Origin: Priapulus caudatus
Lineage: Eukaryota
Length of the DNA: 64,000 nt
Assembly (NCBI RefSeq): GCF_000485595.1
Contig: NW_014577077.1
Location: 684,063-748,062, forward strand
Reading direction: 5' to 3'
Under the pieces are notes generated by a model that had not been told where the DNA came from, searched no databases, and saw only the letters and a program-made list of their open reading frames with translations. Shown piece by piece: positions 50,906 through 63,471 of the stretch (the first letter of the stretch is position 1; the number at the start of each line of letters is the position of its first letter). Both the position numbers and the translations under genes were made by a program.

Positions 50906-51667
50906 TCAAGAGCTCATAATAGAGAAGAGTATGACACCGTTTTAACAGCGTTTTCCATAGTTTTCAACTTGTAAATATTACAATGTTTGTTATATTCAAA
51001 CTTTACCTTGTTTTTGTCTATGATTCTCCCTTAATTATGTGACACCACCAATTTACCTGAAAATCGTATGTGTTCTTCAAAAAAGTTATTTGGATACAAC
51101 ATGGTTTCACACAGTTTTCCCAAATGTTGACATGTATTCGGCGCATGTTGATATGCGGCGGCAGCACCAGGTTGTAACTACGGGATGCTGGGGGCTGTTG
51201 GGGATATTAGGTAAGCACAGTAACAGCACTTGTTTCACTTCCTTATCATCTGGAACACGATGGCAACACAGCTAAAATCAGCTGCTAGCTCGCCGTGAGC
51301 ACACATATATTTCTAGCACGCCGGAAACGCTACACGCTGAATACAATTCGATGCCTAATATCCCCAACAGCCCCCAGCGTTCCGTCATAGACAATAAAAC
51401 ACTAATCCGATAATAAACTTGCGCCGAATACATGCAAACATTTGGGAAAAATGTGTGAAACCGTGTCGTATTAAAAGAACTTTTTTGAAGAACACATACG
51501 ATTTTCAGGTAAATTCATGGTGTCATATGATTAAGGGATAATCATAGACGAAAACAAGGTAAAGTTTGAATATATTTATTCACATATTGATAGAATATTT
51601 ACAAGTTGAAAGCTATGCAAAAAGCTGTTAAAATGGTGTCATACTCTTCTCTATTATAAGCTCTTGA
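50906..51667. mobile_element. Second foldback MITE (~760 bp) inserted in (TA)n
   Basis: TCAAGAGCTCATAATAGAGAAGAGTATGACACC...GGTGTCATACTCTTCTCTATTATAAGCTCTTGA. Arms ~300 bp, imperfect; both flanks are TA runs. Confidence 0.85.
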
Positions 51668-52369
51668 TATATATATATACACATATACATATATAAACTG
51701 TAACCCGTTTGCGTTTTGAAGGTTAGTTTAAATTGCGAATGCAGAGCAGATACTGTTGAAATTGATAGCATTTTCAACCCTCCAGTTTCAACTATACCTG
51801 AGTGCAGACAGAAGGCGAGTGTGTCCCAACTAATTAATGAAACCCCACCATCTTGCACAGGTGCACACTACTTACCCAAGCAGACTTGTGCATGCTACCT
51901 GGATGTTTACAACACTACTGTTCAGTTTATTGCACTGCTGCTGAGGAAGGGGTGGTGAGAGAAATCACCATCATGTGACTGCCTTTGTGTTAAACACGTG
52001 GACGCTGCATAGCATACCTCGATACAAAACCATTGCAATCAACAGCTAGGCAGATATGCAGACACAATTGTAGCAGACTGTAAGGTACTTTAGGAACTTG
52101 ATGTACAGTTAACATTTATTGCCAAAATTCTGGGCAGCTGCAATCCACACAGTGATCACGGTGCAATATTTCCGTATACTTGGACATGCTTGAAATGCTT
52201 GCGCAACTATTGCAGCTATTTTAAATTGACATTACCAGTATTACGATGAATGAGTGAGATGTAGCAAGGCAGGTGGTTGCCCGTGAGGAACGAAAGTGTG
52301 CGTACCGATGCTTTACTGACAAAAATTATCACCATATTTGACATCACGGACATCGCGCACCTCCAGGAG

Positions 52370-52376
52370 CCCTGAG
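52370..52376 (-). promoter_or_regulatory. miR-125/lin-4 seed match (7mer-m8) 25 nt after the TRIM71 stop
   Basis: Plus strand CCCTGAG(AgCCT) equals mRNA CUCAGGG, with some pairing beyond the seed to UCCCUGAGACCCU. Confidence 0.45.
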
Positions 52377-52400
52377 AGCCTCCAAACGGCAATCGTTTGC

Positions 52401-53114
52401 TCACAATACCTGAATGCGACTGTTTCCAAAGTCGACGACGACGATGCGACCGTCAGGCGTGACGCAGACACCGGACGGCCGGTCCATCTGGCCGAGGGCT
52501 GTGCCGTTGTTGCCGAACTTGCATAGGAAGTTTCCGCTCGGCTGGAAAATCTGTATGCGGTGGTTTCGCGAATCGGCGACGATCATGTTGCCCTCCTGGT
52601 CGACGGCGACGCCCTGCGGCCGCATGAACTGCCCGTTGGCACTGCCCTCCTGGCCGAGGAAGCGTGCTGACTGGAAGTCGGGCTGGATGACGAGCAGCCG
52701 GTGGTTGTTGAAGTCGGTGACGATCACGTGGCCGTCGCGGTTGAACGTGACACCGCGCGGCGAGTCAAAGTGCTTCCAAAGGGCACCCTCAAAACCGTAC
52801 TTGTTGATGAACGCGCCGTCGGCCGAGAACAGCTGGATGCGGTGGTTGCGCGTGTCTGAGACGAGGATCTGACCGTTGGTGTTCACGGCGACATCCCACG
52901 GGTAGTTGAACTGGCCGTTCTTGCTGCCGCGCTCGCCGAACTTGGCGATAAACATGCCCGTGAGCGTGAACAGCTGAACGCGATGGTTGTCCTTGTCGGC
53001 GACGACGATGTGATTGTTGAGGTTGCACGCGACGCCGGCCGGTCGGTCAAACTGACCGCTGTGAGTGCCCGGCGAGCCAAATTTATGCAAGAATTTCCCA
53101 TCGGGGTGAAAAAC
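52401..53114 (-). CDS. TRIM71: TRIM71/lin-41 coding exon 2 (NHL repeats to stop)
   Basis: Acceptor TTACAG|GTT at 53115/53114 joins in frame to give [21 protein letters not shown]. Contains [18 protein letters not shown] and [24 protein letters not shown], which I recognise from vertebrate TRIM71. TGA at 52403-52401. Confidence 0.96.
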   Translation of the reverse strand, partial: VFHPDGKFLHKFGSPGTHSGQFDRPAGVACNLNNHIVVADKDNHRVQLFTLTGMFIAKFGERGSKNGQFNYPWDVAVNTNGQILVSDTRNHRIQLFSADGAFINKYGFEGALWKHFDSPRGVTFNRDGHVIVTDFNNHRLLVIQPDFQSARFLGQEGSANGQFMRPQGVAVDQEGNMIVADSRNHRIQIFQPSGNFLCKFGNNGTALGQMDRPSGVCVTPDGRIVVVDFGNSRIQVL

Positions 53115-54259
53115 CTGTAATGTGTAAGAGCAGAAGCAGTTTAGCGTATGTCGTAGACAGGTGAGTTAGGCAGAAATGAAAGCAGTTATCCAGTTGTACT
53201 ATCGTACCGTAGCTACCATCGTACTACTGTCACTGTTAATTATGCAATGCCCTGAATAAATATTGAACTGGCAATGCAAGCCCATATATGTAACTTGTAA
53301 GTCAGCTACGGTCCCACACTCATTACTTGTCATTGGACAGCTTTAACCAAGTTTTAAACCACTACCCGGTGATTTCACCGAATCTAATGAACATATAATT
53401 TCGTAATCACGCTAACACATACGGAAGCTTCCTTTAATACAAAGCAATATCAGCAGACTGGAAATATTGATTATTCAAGCGATATTGCTAGATCAAAACA
53501 TTTAACTAGTATAACCATAAGAACTAACCAAAGAAGAGCCGGAGAGCGACTGGGCTCATCTGAGGTCCGTTGCTACGTACGGTTATAAACGAAACATTTC
53601 AGTCGTGCGTAGTGAGTCTAGTGACACCTCTGTTAGGCGCAGATATGCAGATACGCAGTTGCGTACACATTATTTCAGCAAACATTTTTTTTATTGCAGA
53701 GAGAGCGAGAGAGAGGAAGAGAGAGAGGGGGGCGAGAGCGAGAAAAAGAAAGAGAGAGAGCGAGAGAGCGGGCGAGAGGAGAGAGAGGGAGAGTCAGTCA
53801 GACTAAATTGTTTATAAACAAATAACACCCACGCGGCGCGCTACTGTATCAGTTACGTCATCAATTGAAATGTACATTCCGATATCGCCGCGCGGCGTCC
53901 AAACTTTTCGACGAAGATGGCGGGCAGACGCACGTATAACGTACAGATTTCTTCAATGTCAGGGAGGATCAACACATTTCGACTGACAGTCAAGAGTCAA
54001 CCATCGAGCTCTGCAGCCACTGGCAGCAAGAACAAGCCCGCACGTACAGCACACACGCGGCGGCCATTGACTATATATATATATACTACTATGAACAAAA
54101 TATGCTCATGTTTGTATACATTTGTATTTTTATTCACATCAAACTCGTACGATAAAAATGTAGTGAAATCGGTACCAAATCGCTGTCTTACTCCTTTGTC
54201 ATTATTAGCTCCTGGTACCATCAAACACAGTTCAGTCCTTTGTTAACAGTCAACAAATC

Positions 54260-54815
54260 CATGTTTAACCCTCCTCTTGAGGGTCAAAAGGTTATCAGAC
54301 ACTTACTCTTCGCACAGCAGTGGAAAGCACATTTCATGGTCCTTTCAATAAAGTGATAAAAATGGTAGGTAACCGCTGAAACAAAAAAGTTTTTCACTCT
54401 GTCCATTAAACCATGTCCTCAGAAAATGTCTGATATCTGACCTCTCCCCCACTGCCCTTTGACCTGTGACCTCCAATTTCGCACTTGTGATAGGTTTCCT
54501 GCCCATTGCACTATACACCGAATATTAATAGCATAGGTCGAGCCGTTCAGATTTGTGCAGCAATTCCGTATTTCCTCCTATAGCTTAAGTTGAGGGGGAA
54601 ATATTCCCCTTCCGTTGACACATCTTGACCTTTGACCCCCAAATTGGTCATCCCGAGTCCTTTTCACGACCCCCCTCCCCGACGTCCCGAATATCGTGAC
54701 CGTACGTCGATCGGTTAAGATTTGTGCCCAACTGTTGACAGACACACGAACACATGGACGGACGGACGCTCATGCGATTCTACAAGCTGCATCTGACTTC
54801 GTGAGATGAGCTAAC
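54260..54815 (-). mobile_element. Copy of the second HINE-like family in the TRIM71 intron
   Basis: Reverse-complement similarity to 37151-37735 (ACTTACTCTTCGCA, CCATGTCCTCAGAAAATGTC, ATATCGTGACCGTACGTCGA). Confidence 0.65.
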
Positions 54816-54987
54816 AAAGAGTTCAAGAATCGCTGCCATAATGTCTTGGTGTCGACATCTGTGAAATACAGACCTGGGTCAGCTTTTTGGTGCACACATC
54901 CACTGCACTAACCAGCGTAACTTCGCGACTCAGTCATTGTTCGATGCCATTAGGCTATACTCGATGATATCGCATGATCTCACTCAC

Positions 54988-56643
54988 CTGAATGCGGTTG
55001 TTGCTGCGATCTGCCACAACGACGTGCCCATACTTGTCCGTGCAGATGCCCCACGGCCGACACAGCTGTCCGTCCTGGTCACCCTCCTCGCCAAACTGGA
55101 ACGCGTCCTGACCGACCGACGCGTACGTGCGGCCACTGCGCACGCTCACCGCAAACGGGCTGCCGTGGATGTGGTTGCCGCGGATGGTGACGTGCACGCG
55201 GTGCGCGCCCTCCATCGGCGGGCAGTAGGTGATCACGTAGGAGCCATTGTGCTGGTCGCACACGTCGCCGCTGTAGACGCTTGCATCCGGCGCCTCGCAC
55301 AGCACGTTGATCGGGTCGCCGCCCATCGCGCGCGCGTCCCCGTAGTGATCCTTCGCGTGCACGACAAACGTCGCGACCTTGCCGCGCAGCGCCGAGCGCA
55401 GGCCCTCGCCGCTCGCGAGCGCGTTTGGGGCGTAGGCGCCGCTGCTCACCGTGCCGAGCGAGCTGACGGCGTTGTAGAGCGCGGCATCGGGCGGCGTGAA
55501 CGCGATCGCGTCGTCCTCGTGTGGCTGCAGGTGCGCGGCGAGCGCCTTCACGCGCTTAACGGCGGCCGCAATCGCGTCCCGCGCCGCCAGCACGTCAACT
55601 TCGTCGCCGTCGGCGAGCGCGCGCCGCGCGTCGTCCGAGGCGCGCGCGACGTGCGCGAGCTGTGCGCGCAGGCTGCCAAGCTGTGCGCGCAGCGAGCGAC
55701 CCTTCACCTGCCGCACGCGCTCGATGCGGCACAGCAGGTCGCGCTCGCGTTCGACGAGAGCGGCGACGTGCCGCCGCACGATGGCGCGCACCTCGGCGGC
55801 GGCGGCCTGCGCGCGCGCCTCCACGCGGTCGGCCATCATCGCTGCGCCGCGCGCGCCGTCCTCGATCGCGCGTGCCCCGCCAGCGGCGTCCGCAACAAGG
55901 CGCGCGGCGGCAGCGCTCGCCTCGGCGACGGCGTCCTGTAGGTAGACGAAGCTGTGGCCGCCGTGCGTGCTCACCGTGCAGTCGCCGCAGATTGCCGCCG
56001 CGCACGTCTCGCAGTACAGCCGCAGGACCTCGCCGTCGTGTGCCGCGCACGTGCGTGCGCGTCGCCGCGACGACGAAGACGACCCTGACGACTCCACTGC
56101 GAAGCCCCGCGAGGGGAGGAGATCGGTCGGTCGACCGCCGCTGCTGCCGCCGCCGTCGTCGTCGGCGAGCGAGACGATGTAGTGCTCCTTGCTCGTGCAC
56201 GTGCGCACGTGCGCGCACACGCAGCCGCCGCACATGTACTTGACGCAGTCCTTGCAGAGGTAGTCGGCGCCGCGGCCGTCCGCGCAGGCGTCGCAAGGCC
56301 GGTGGCTGCTGCCGTTGTGCACGCCGGCGAGGTTGAGCTGGCACTTCTCCAAGCCGTTCTGCAGCTCCTCCTCGTCATGCGCGTCGACGCCATGCAGCAG
56401 GTTGAGGAAGCCGGACGGAAGCGCATCGATTCCTGAGCCGCCGATCGAGAATTCGCAGTTGCACATCGGGCAATCACTGTGACTTCGGCTACCTGAGTTA
56501 CTCGTAAGCTGCACTCTTTCAAGGCACTGTCTACAAAACGCATGGTTGCAAGTTAGTTTCTCTGGATCCCTGAGCGGCTGGATGCAAATTGAACATATAC
56601 CTTCATCTGTAGGCATTGCATCTGATGGAAATGCTGCTGCCAT
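54988..56643 (-). CDS. TRIM71: TRIM71/lin-41 E3 ligase and RNA-binding protein, coding exon 1 (RING, two B-boxes, coiled coil, filamin, start of NHL1)
   Basis: ATG at 56643. RING CSIC...CNHAFCRQC...CPMC, B-box1 CDAC...CKDC...CGGC..AH, B-box2 CAAH...CETC...CGDC...H..H, filamin GEGL...GSPF. Phase-0 donor CAG|GTGAGT at 54988/54987. Confidence 0.95.
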
Positions 56644-57287
56644 TTTTAGGCACACACAGGTGTGATCTCAACATGAGGCACCATTTTGCCAATAAATGAA
56701 CAACATTGGCCTCATAAAGAGCATACAATTAAGTCACAGCAACCTGGCTGACTCCCACCACGCTTCCTTGACTTGGAAACCTATTTGAACAAAAAGGTCA
56801 CTTGAGATTTTTACTTGGGTCATGTAACTTAAATTTATGCAGAGCAGGAGTATAGCATATTTTATGGGTTCATACAGTGTAGTCTAACATACTATAGTCA
56901 AACTTCTATATATAGATGTCACACAAAAGAAACTCCCAAATATGTCATTTACAGACAGGTGTCTGTTCTATATGGGTGGTTTTACTGTATGCAGCCATTG
57001 TTATTACATTAGGCCAAAACAAAATATAGGTGTGGTTACAATTTCCCGACCGACACTATTTATTCCCAGCGACCCTAAACATTTTATTGTCAATTTTCTT
57101 TAAAATCAAAAATATAATAAAAATAAAAAAATAAAAAAATGAATTGGACAGTTCCTGCTTCAAAAGGCACAACGCACATCTTTCAGACATGGTTCGTAAA
57201 TAAAATATTTCAATAAAATAAAATGTTTTCCCTACTTACCTACCCTATTTTTTTCGGCTATTTAGGTAACATTCATATACCAAAATA

Positions 57288-57985
57288 AACTAGAAAGGGC
57301 AGTTGTCGCCAACTACATGTATCCCCCGTGTTCTCCCCAAAATGTGTAAGTATACGAAGTTTGGTCGCGCTAGGTCAATTAGGGGCCGAGTTATAGAGCA
57401 GTAGGGAAATATGATCAAGGTCAAGGTAAAGGTCAAATAAAGGTCGTAGTGACCTGGTTTTTGGTATGCGACACACCTTCTCCCCAAGATGTGTAAGTAT
57501 ACCAAGTTTGGTAGGCCTAGGTCAATTAGGGTCCGAGCTATAGAGCAAAAGGGAGATATGATCAAGGTCAAGGTAAAGGTCAAATAAAGGTCGTAGTGAC
57601 CTGGTTTTGGTAGCGCTAGGTCAATTAGGAACCAAGTTAGAGAGCGGAAGGGAAATATGATCAAGGTTAAAGTAAAGGTCAAATAAAGGTCGCAGTGACC
57701 TGTTTTGGTACTCTACTCACCTTCTCCCCAAGATGTGTAAGCATACCAAGTCTGGTAGCGCTAGGTCAATTAGGGGCCGAGTTAGAGAGCGGAAGGGAAA
57801 TATGATCAAAGTCAAGGTAAAGGTCAAATGAAGGTTGTAGTGACCTGGTTTTTGGTACGCGACACACCTTCTCCCCAAGATGTGTAAGTATACCAAGTTT
57901 GGTAGCGCTAGATCAAGAGCGGAAAAGAAATATGATCAAGGTCAAGGTAAAGGTCAAATGAAGGTTGTAGTGACCTGGTTTTAGG
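57288..57985 (-). mobile_element. Partial copy of the same HINE-like element with ~147-bp tandem units
   Basis: Begins AACTAGAAAGGGCAGTTGTCGCCAACTACATGTATCCCCC (reverse of the 36070-36112 end). ATGATCAA unit marker at 57411, 57558, 57657, 57802, 57932. Confidence 0.75.
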
Positions 57986-59001
57986 CTACTGTGGCACAGT
58001 CAGTATTATGCGCGTGTGTGTGCATGTGTTTGTGTTGTGTGTGCGTGTTTGTGTGTGTGTGTGTGTGTGTGGTGTGTGACGCCGTGTGCTTTTATGCTGT
58101 ATGCGGGGTTGGGTGGGGGGCTCGCGGGTGTTCAAACGCCATCTTTGGACCGACGGGTTAATATGGTATATATTTATACTTAAATTATATAGGCCTCCAT
58201 TACACTGACAAGCAGAATATTGTTGGACTACTTATCCTATATTGCAATGCTGTTGCATCTTAAATAATTTATGCATGAAAAGGTGCATAATTTCATTTAA
58301 TTAGGGCTCGTCATTGGTATCAAATTATTTCGATTCGATTATTGATATTTTTTTTTTCTCGATATTCGCACTCCGATTCGATCCGCCATTAACGATTTAA
58401 AATTGTAATAAAAATGAGCCGTGAGTTCACAGTAAACCTCAATTATTGATGATATCTACATAGATATACATATTATAATCGTGCTGCTTAAATCAAATAG
58501 GCGACAGTAGATATTTATCTGAATTCAACCAGCTATTGACCTGGCGTCGCCGGCGATGCGAAGCAAGCAGACATGCTTTCTTACAAAAAAACGACATTTT
58601 TTGAAAAAAAAAAAAAAAAAATAAAAAAAAAAATCGCGAATCGCCTATTTTTCGATTTATTTCGAATCGATATCGGACGCAGAATCCATGCGATTGATCG
58701 ATGAGGTGTGGCATCGATGACAGGCCTACATTTAATAATTTCATTTTCTTTAGCTTTTGGCAGTTTTTACCCGATCTTGGATCATCTTCAAATTTGGGCC
58801 ATGAAGGTGCATTGGATGGTAAAAGCGAAAGACGCCAATTCGTTTTTTGGTGTGGGGCGGAGTCATCGTTTGCCATTTGGTAAACAATATTTTTGTGGGA
58901 AATATTGTAGAACCTGTAACTTGTGCTGTTTTTACCGATTGTCATGGAAATTTGGCACACAGTCCGATATAACATGTCCTATATAATAATTTTATAATAA
59001 T

Positions 59002-59067
<66 letters not shown>

Positions 59068-60783
59068 TGGTCCTGTGTGCCAAATTTTATGCCAATCGGG
59101 TAAAAACTGCAGAAGTTACAGGTTCTAGAATATTTTCTGACAAAAAATGTTGTTACCATGGCAACGATGACTCCGCCTACACCAAAAACGATTGGCGTCT
59201 TTGCTTTACGATAACGCACCTTCATGTGAAATTTGAAGATGATCCGAGAAGAACTGCAGCCGGTAGAGCGCTCACAAGGAAATCTCTGTGGTGGCGGCGG
59301 CGGCGCGACGAGGCCAAATCTATAGTATCCCCACAATTTATAGTGGAAAATTAACTTGAATATGTAGCCACCGCCACCCTTAAAAAATTGTTTGTTTCCC
59401 CTTTACCTACTCGCCTCTCAGGGTACTGAGTAGGTAGGTAGGTGAAAAATCTTTTTTATTTTGTTTTGACAAAATGTGTGTATGTATATTGTATATTCTG
59501 TTTTGAGTATATGTTTTTGCAGAATGAATTTGATTTTTTTTTTGGCAAAACGAAATAATTTTTGTTTTGTTTTAATCGGCTAATAAAATGTGTCGAGTAG
59601 CTGCGTTTTGGAGAGTCGGTCGGTAAAGGGGAAACAAGCAATATTTTATCTTAGGCCCAATCTTATACATAGAAATGCCAAGTTAAAACATGTGATACTG
59701 ATGGACTGCACTATGAGGAATAATCTTAATGCAGTTGAAACACATGTAAAACCCACATTTAACTGGTGGAGGGTACAGTACACCAGACCGAAAGTCGATG
59801 TCATTGCTATGTACGTGTGATAAATAACTCAGCACACCAACACGATTAGCCCAGTCGCGACCCTAATCAAACCTTCTGGATTAAACCCTAGAGTTGACGC
59901 AATAAATGTTCTTATTTAGCTGACGCTTATTTTCAGATCTGGTTGTCGGGCAACAAGTTCTAAGCAATTTTTAGTTGTCCAAACTTTGATTTTACTTGTG
60001 AAAAATTTATTTGCAATCTATGAGCTGTTAATGTCCTTTTTTGTTGAGTGCATATCATATTACAGTATATACATGGAAAATCGTAATGAAATTCACACGT
60101 TTATTTTTTGCGTGCTGGCACGCTCATTGTGTCATTCCCGATTGCAGCTTTTTTCACAATTCCGAGAAAGAGTTTTGCTGTCACTCTCCCATCCCAGTGA
60201 TGCCCACCCCCTACATATTCAGTAATGAACATGCCCCACGCAGCTCAAACAATCGTGCCCCCCCCCCCGGTACATCAATCAATGCAGCCGCAGCCAGGCA
60301 CGCCACAATGTGCGGGCTGGCTCTCTATTAATAAATCTGCAATGGTAAAAGTGGGTGACAGGTGTTGCGGGATGCTTTTTTCGGCGACATTTGAAAATAA
60401 AACGCGAGATATGGCGTGCGATCACGCCTTGGCTCAAAGGATGTTATTGAATATTAAGCAACTAGAATTTTGTTGTTGTCGGATCGGGCAACTAGCCAAG
60501 AGAATAACTTGTCCGACATAGACTTTCATTTGTCCCGGGCAATCGAGTGTCGAGGGCTATTATTCACCTGAATCGGTATTTGTGTCAACTATAATAAGTC
60601 ATATACCTACATCATTCTCAGTATCAGTGTAATTGTGCTTCCAAATGTGACTAGATTACTAAGGAGTTAAGATAATACATTACAACAAAATTCTGAAGAA
60701 GTCCAGTATTTTGTTCCTCGATCAATACCCTCTCAGCCCCACACACACCATCCTCCAGGTCCCTGGTCTGATCTGATGGTGAG

Positions 60784-60815
<32 letters not shown>

Positions 60816-60967
60816 TGTTTATTTGTTGACACAGAACTAAATTAGATGTTTAGATGTTTTAATTTGGTCTCCTTACTTTATTTTAAAACTCAGTTGAAAA
60901 ATGTCTAAAATCTAAAGTAAAGGCCTGGGTAGAACATGTCATCAGTAAACTCACTGTGGCTCATAGG

Positions 60968-61203
60968 GTCTATGTCCTCCAGGGTACTGCCGGAACGTAC
61001 CCTGGGTACAGTCCGGTATACCTGAACGTACCCTGATAACTATTTGATATGGTTAGGGTTAGGGAGTAGGCGTAGGCAACTTCCTAGACTCGTTAGTGGA
61101 ATAGGCAAGGTACGGTCCGGCATATTAGATAGTACCAGGGTACGTTCCGGTATACCGAACCGTACCCAGGGTATGTTCCGGCAGTACCCTGGGGGACGTA
61201 GAC
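60968..61203. mobile_element. Hairpin MITE with GGTTAGGGTTAGGG in the loop
   Basis: GTCTATGTCCTCCAGGGTACTGCCGGAAC...GTTCCGGCAGTACCCTGGGGGACGTAGAC. Confidence 0.75.
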
Positions 61204-61699
61204 TCTCTCAGCCTCACTGGGGCAGTATCCTACATCCCACACTCCAGCAGTGTCTATGTGCAGTGGTCCTAAAATAGTATATAAACACTTAACTATAATG
61301 TAATGGGTTGTCTGATTAAATACGGGAAGGAGATGGTCCAATGCAGTGTGGCTGTGAGTGTGTCACTGTGTGTAACATACAAATTTGAGGGAGCCTGCAA
61401 AACACATTTGTTTACACTGCACGGTATGATAAACAGTTCAACTAATTACTAATAAATTAATACTAAGTTGGCATTACTGATAGTACTAGAACAAGTATAA
61501 TTGGTTAAATAAACTGGTTCATGCATAAAATGGTTACAGGGAACAAAAATCTAGGCCTAGATTCTAAGATGGCTGACATCAGAGGGTGTCAACATAAAAT
61601 TGCCTTGTTTTGGTTGTCAATTTTTCTTAATTCCCCAAATCCAGCATAGGCTAACTAATGGTAAATTCGTATACAACGGTTTATTCATAAACGCGGCCA

Positions 61700-61850
61700 A
61701 AAATAAACACGCAACCAATGTTCGATTACAAATACTTACGTTTAGGGTTGAGACCTTTCGTTACCAAAACCTCAGTACGGAGGCTGACATCTTGTGTGTT
61801 ACTAACGCAAAATCTCGCGAGAAAATTTCCGCCAAGTCTGAGCTAATCTG
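61700..61850. promoter_or_regulatory. Candidate bidirectional promoter TRIM71/HROB
   Basis: Palindromic TCTCGCGAGA at 61813-61822, CCAAT near 61715, minus-strand donor GTAAGT at 61739-61734, and a minus-strand acceptor TTGTTCAAATAG| at 56781 just upstream of the TRIM71 ATG. Confidence 0.5.
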
Positions 61851-62403
61851 AGAACTCATTGCTCAACAAGAAGTTGTCAACACATACACACACTGGTGAC
61901 ACAGGAGCAAAACCCGTCAAGACTCGTTTGAATATCGAAGTGATATACAACCTAGCACGATTATGAAATATACAGTGGCCAAGACCCTCAACGTTTGACT
62001 GCTAGTGTGCAGCGCATCATTATACGGTTGATTACGAGACGTGCTGATGAATTTGCGGGACCCACGACACGGGCACGATTCAAGATTCACAATTCACGAT
62101 TCACATTGACACTGTGACTGTGACAGTCTGTGTAATGACTACTCACTGTACACTTTGCCATCATATGTAGGCTACTGTACTGTAGGCTATAGTGTACACT
62201 AAGTGACACTGTACGCCACGATTTTTGCAGAAGTTTGAGTGTAGTCTCATACGTTCAGACAAAATGCGATTGGTGTTGAAGTACTAGGCCCTACTAATAC
62301 TATAACTAATTTAACTATACGTATAAAAGTAACTAAAACTAGTAAAAGCAAGTTAATAGTATACGGCCCAACAACACTAAACGGGTAACAGAGCAAAATC
62401 GAG

Positions 62404-63084
62404 ATGTCTAAATGTAGCTCACAGGTTGAGAATGGCTGTGACTTCGTCGGGATATTTATGAAGATGCTGGAAAATCCTGGCAGTGACTCAGGGAGGTTAC
62501 AGTCACAGTATGCGTCATCTGAAATTGTGACACCGTCTGTTCAGGGTTCTGTATCCCGAACTCCACTATGTTCAGATATGCCGCTCTCAGTTCCTAATAC
62601 ACTTATGGAAATTACACCATGCAAAGTAGCTGAGTGCCACCGGATTTCTATAAGGACACCAATGGAAGAGCTGAATCACACTGGGAATGGAATGGAAGCA
62701 AAAACACCACTTTCTGTATCACCGAGAAAAGAGGCAGTCCCAAAACTACCAACCTCACTATCTTTGAGACAAAATACGGTTCCAGTAACTCCACTTTTAA
62801 CACCTCTAAGACAAGTGGCACGTCTCAGAACATCAGGCTTGATGGAATCGGGAAAAGAGACACATCTGAAAACATCGCTTCCACAGAGACAGGAGGCGAT
62901 GCTGAGGACGCCAACCTCGCTGGGCCTTAAAAACGAAGCATCCTTGAGTACATGTTTATCTACATCACCGACTTCAGTATCAGCCGAAAATCGAACTCCT
63001 GTGTTTGGTGAAACACCAACAACGAGATGTAGAACTAAAAGAAAGTTTCCTGGACCTGCAGGAATGCTGCCTGTATTAGGAAAT
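62404..63084 (+). CDS. HROB: HROB/MCM8IP (C17orf53)-like N-terminal exon; gene continues beyond the window
   Basis: 250-aa S/T/P-rich ORF whose C-terminal part carries KRKFPGPAGMLP, matching the conserved R(R/K)FPGPAG.LP motif of HROB. Candidate donor AAT|GTAAAT at 63084/63085. Exon limits uncertain. Confidence 0.7.
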
Positions 63085-63234
63085 GTAAATTTATACAGGA
63101 AATTATTTGCAGCTTACACTAGTCAGATTTTCTCGGAGTCAGTACTACATGATTGAGAATTCTTAGTTATTTGTTGCCATGAACCTATATATATATACTA
63201 GTACAGACATAGTATATATATATGTTCATGATAC

Positions 63235-63250
63235 TGGTATATATATATAT

Positions 63251-63343
<93 letters not shown>
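63235..63343. repeat. (TA)n microsatellite (another at ~59007-59058)
   Basis: Directly visible. Confidence 0.95.
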
Positions 63344-63348
<5 letters not shown>

Positions 63349-63471
63349 TATAACACCACAATGCACATGCAACATTAGGCATATTGCACAAGAAACTGGT
63401 ATAGTACTGGAATTAAATTTGCAATGTGATTTGCAATGGTACCTTTAGTCATTGGACTCATATCACTAGGG

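Noticed and set aside
54937..56543. Long overlapping ORFs on both strands over TRIM71 exon 1 (and 52414-52872 over exon 2)
   Set aside because: Shadow ORFs caused by extreme GC content; no recognisable domains.
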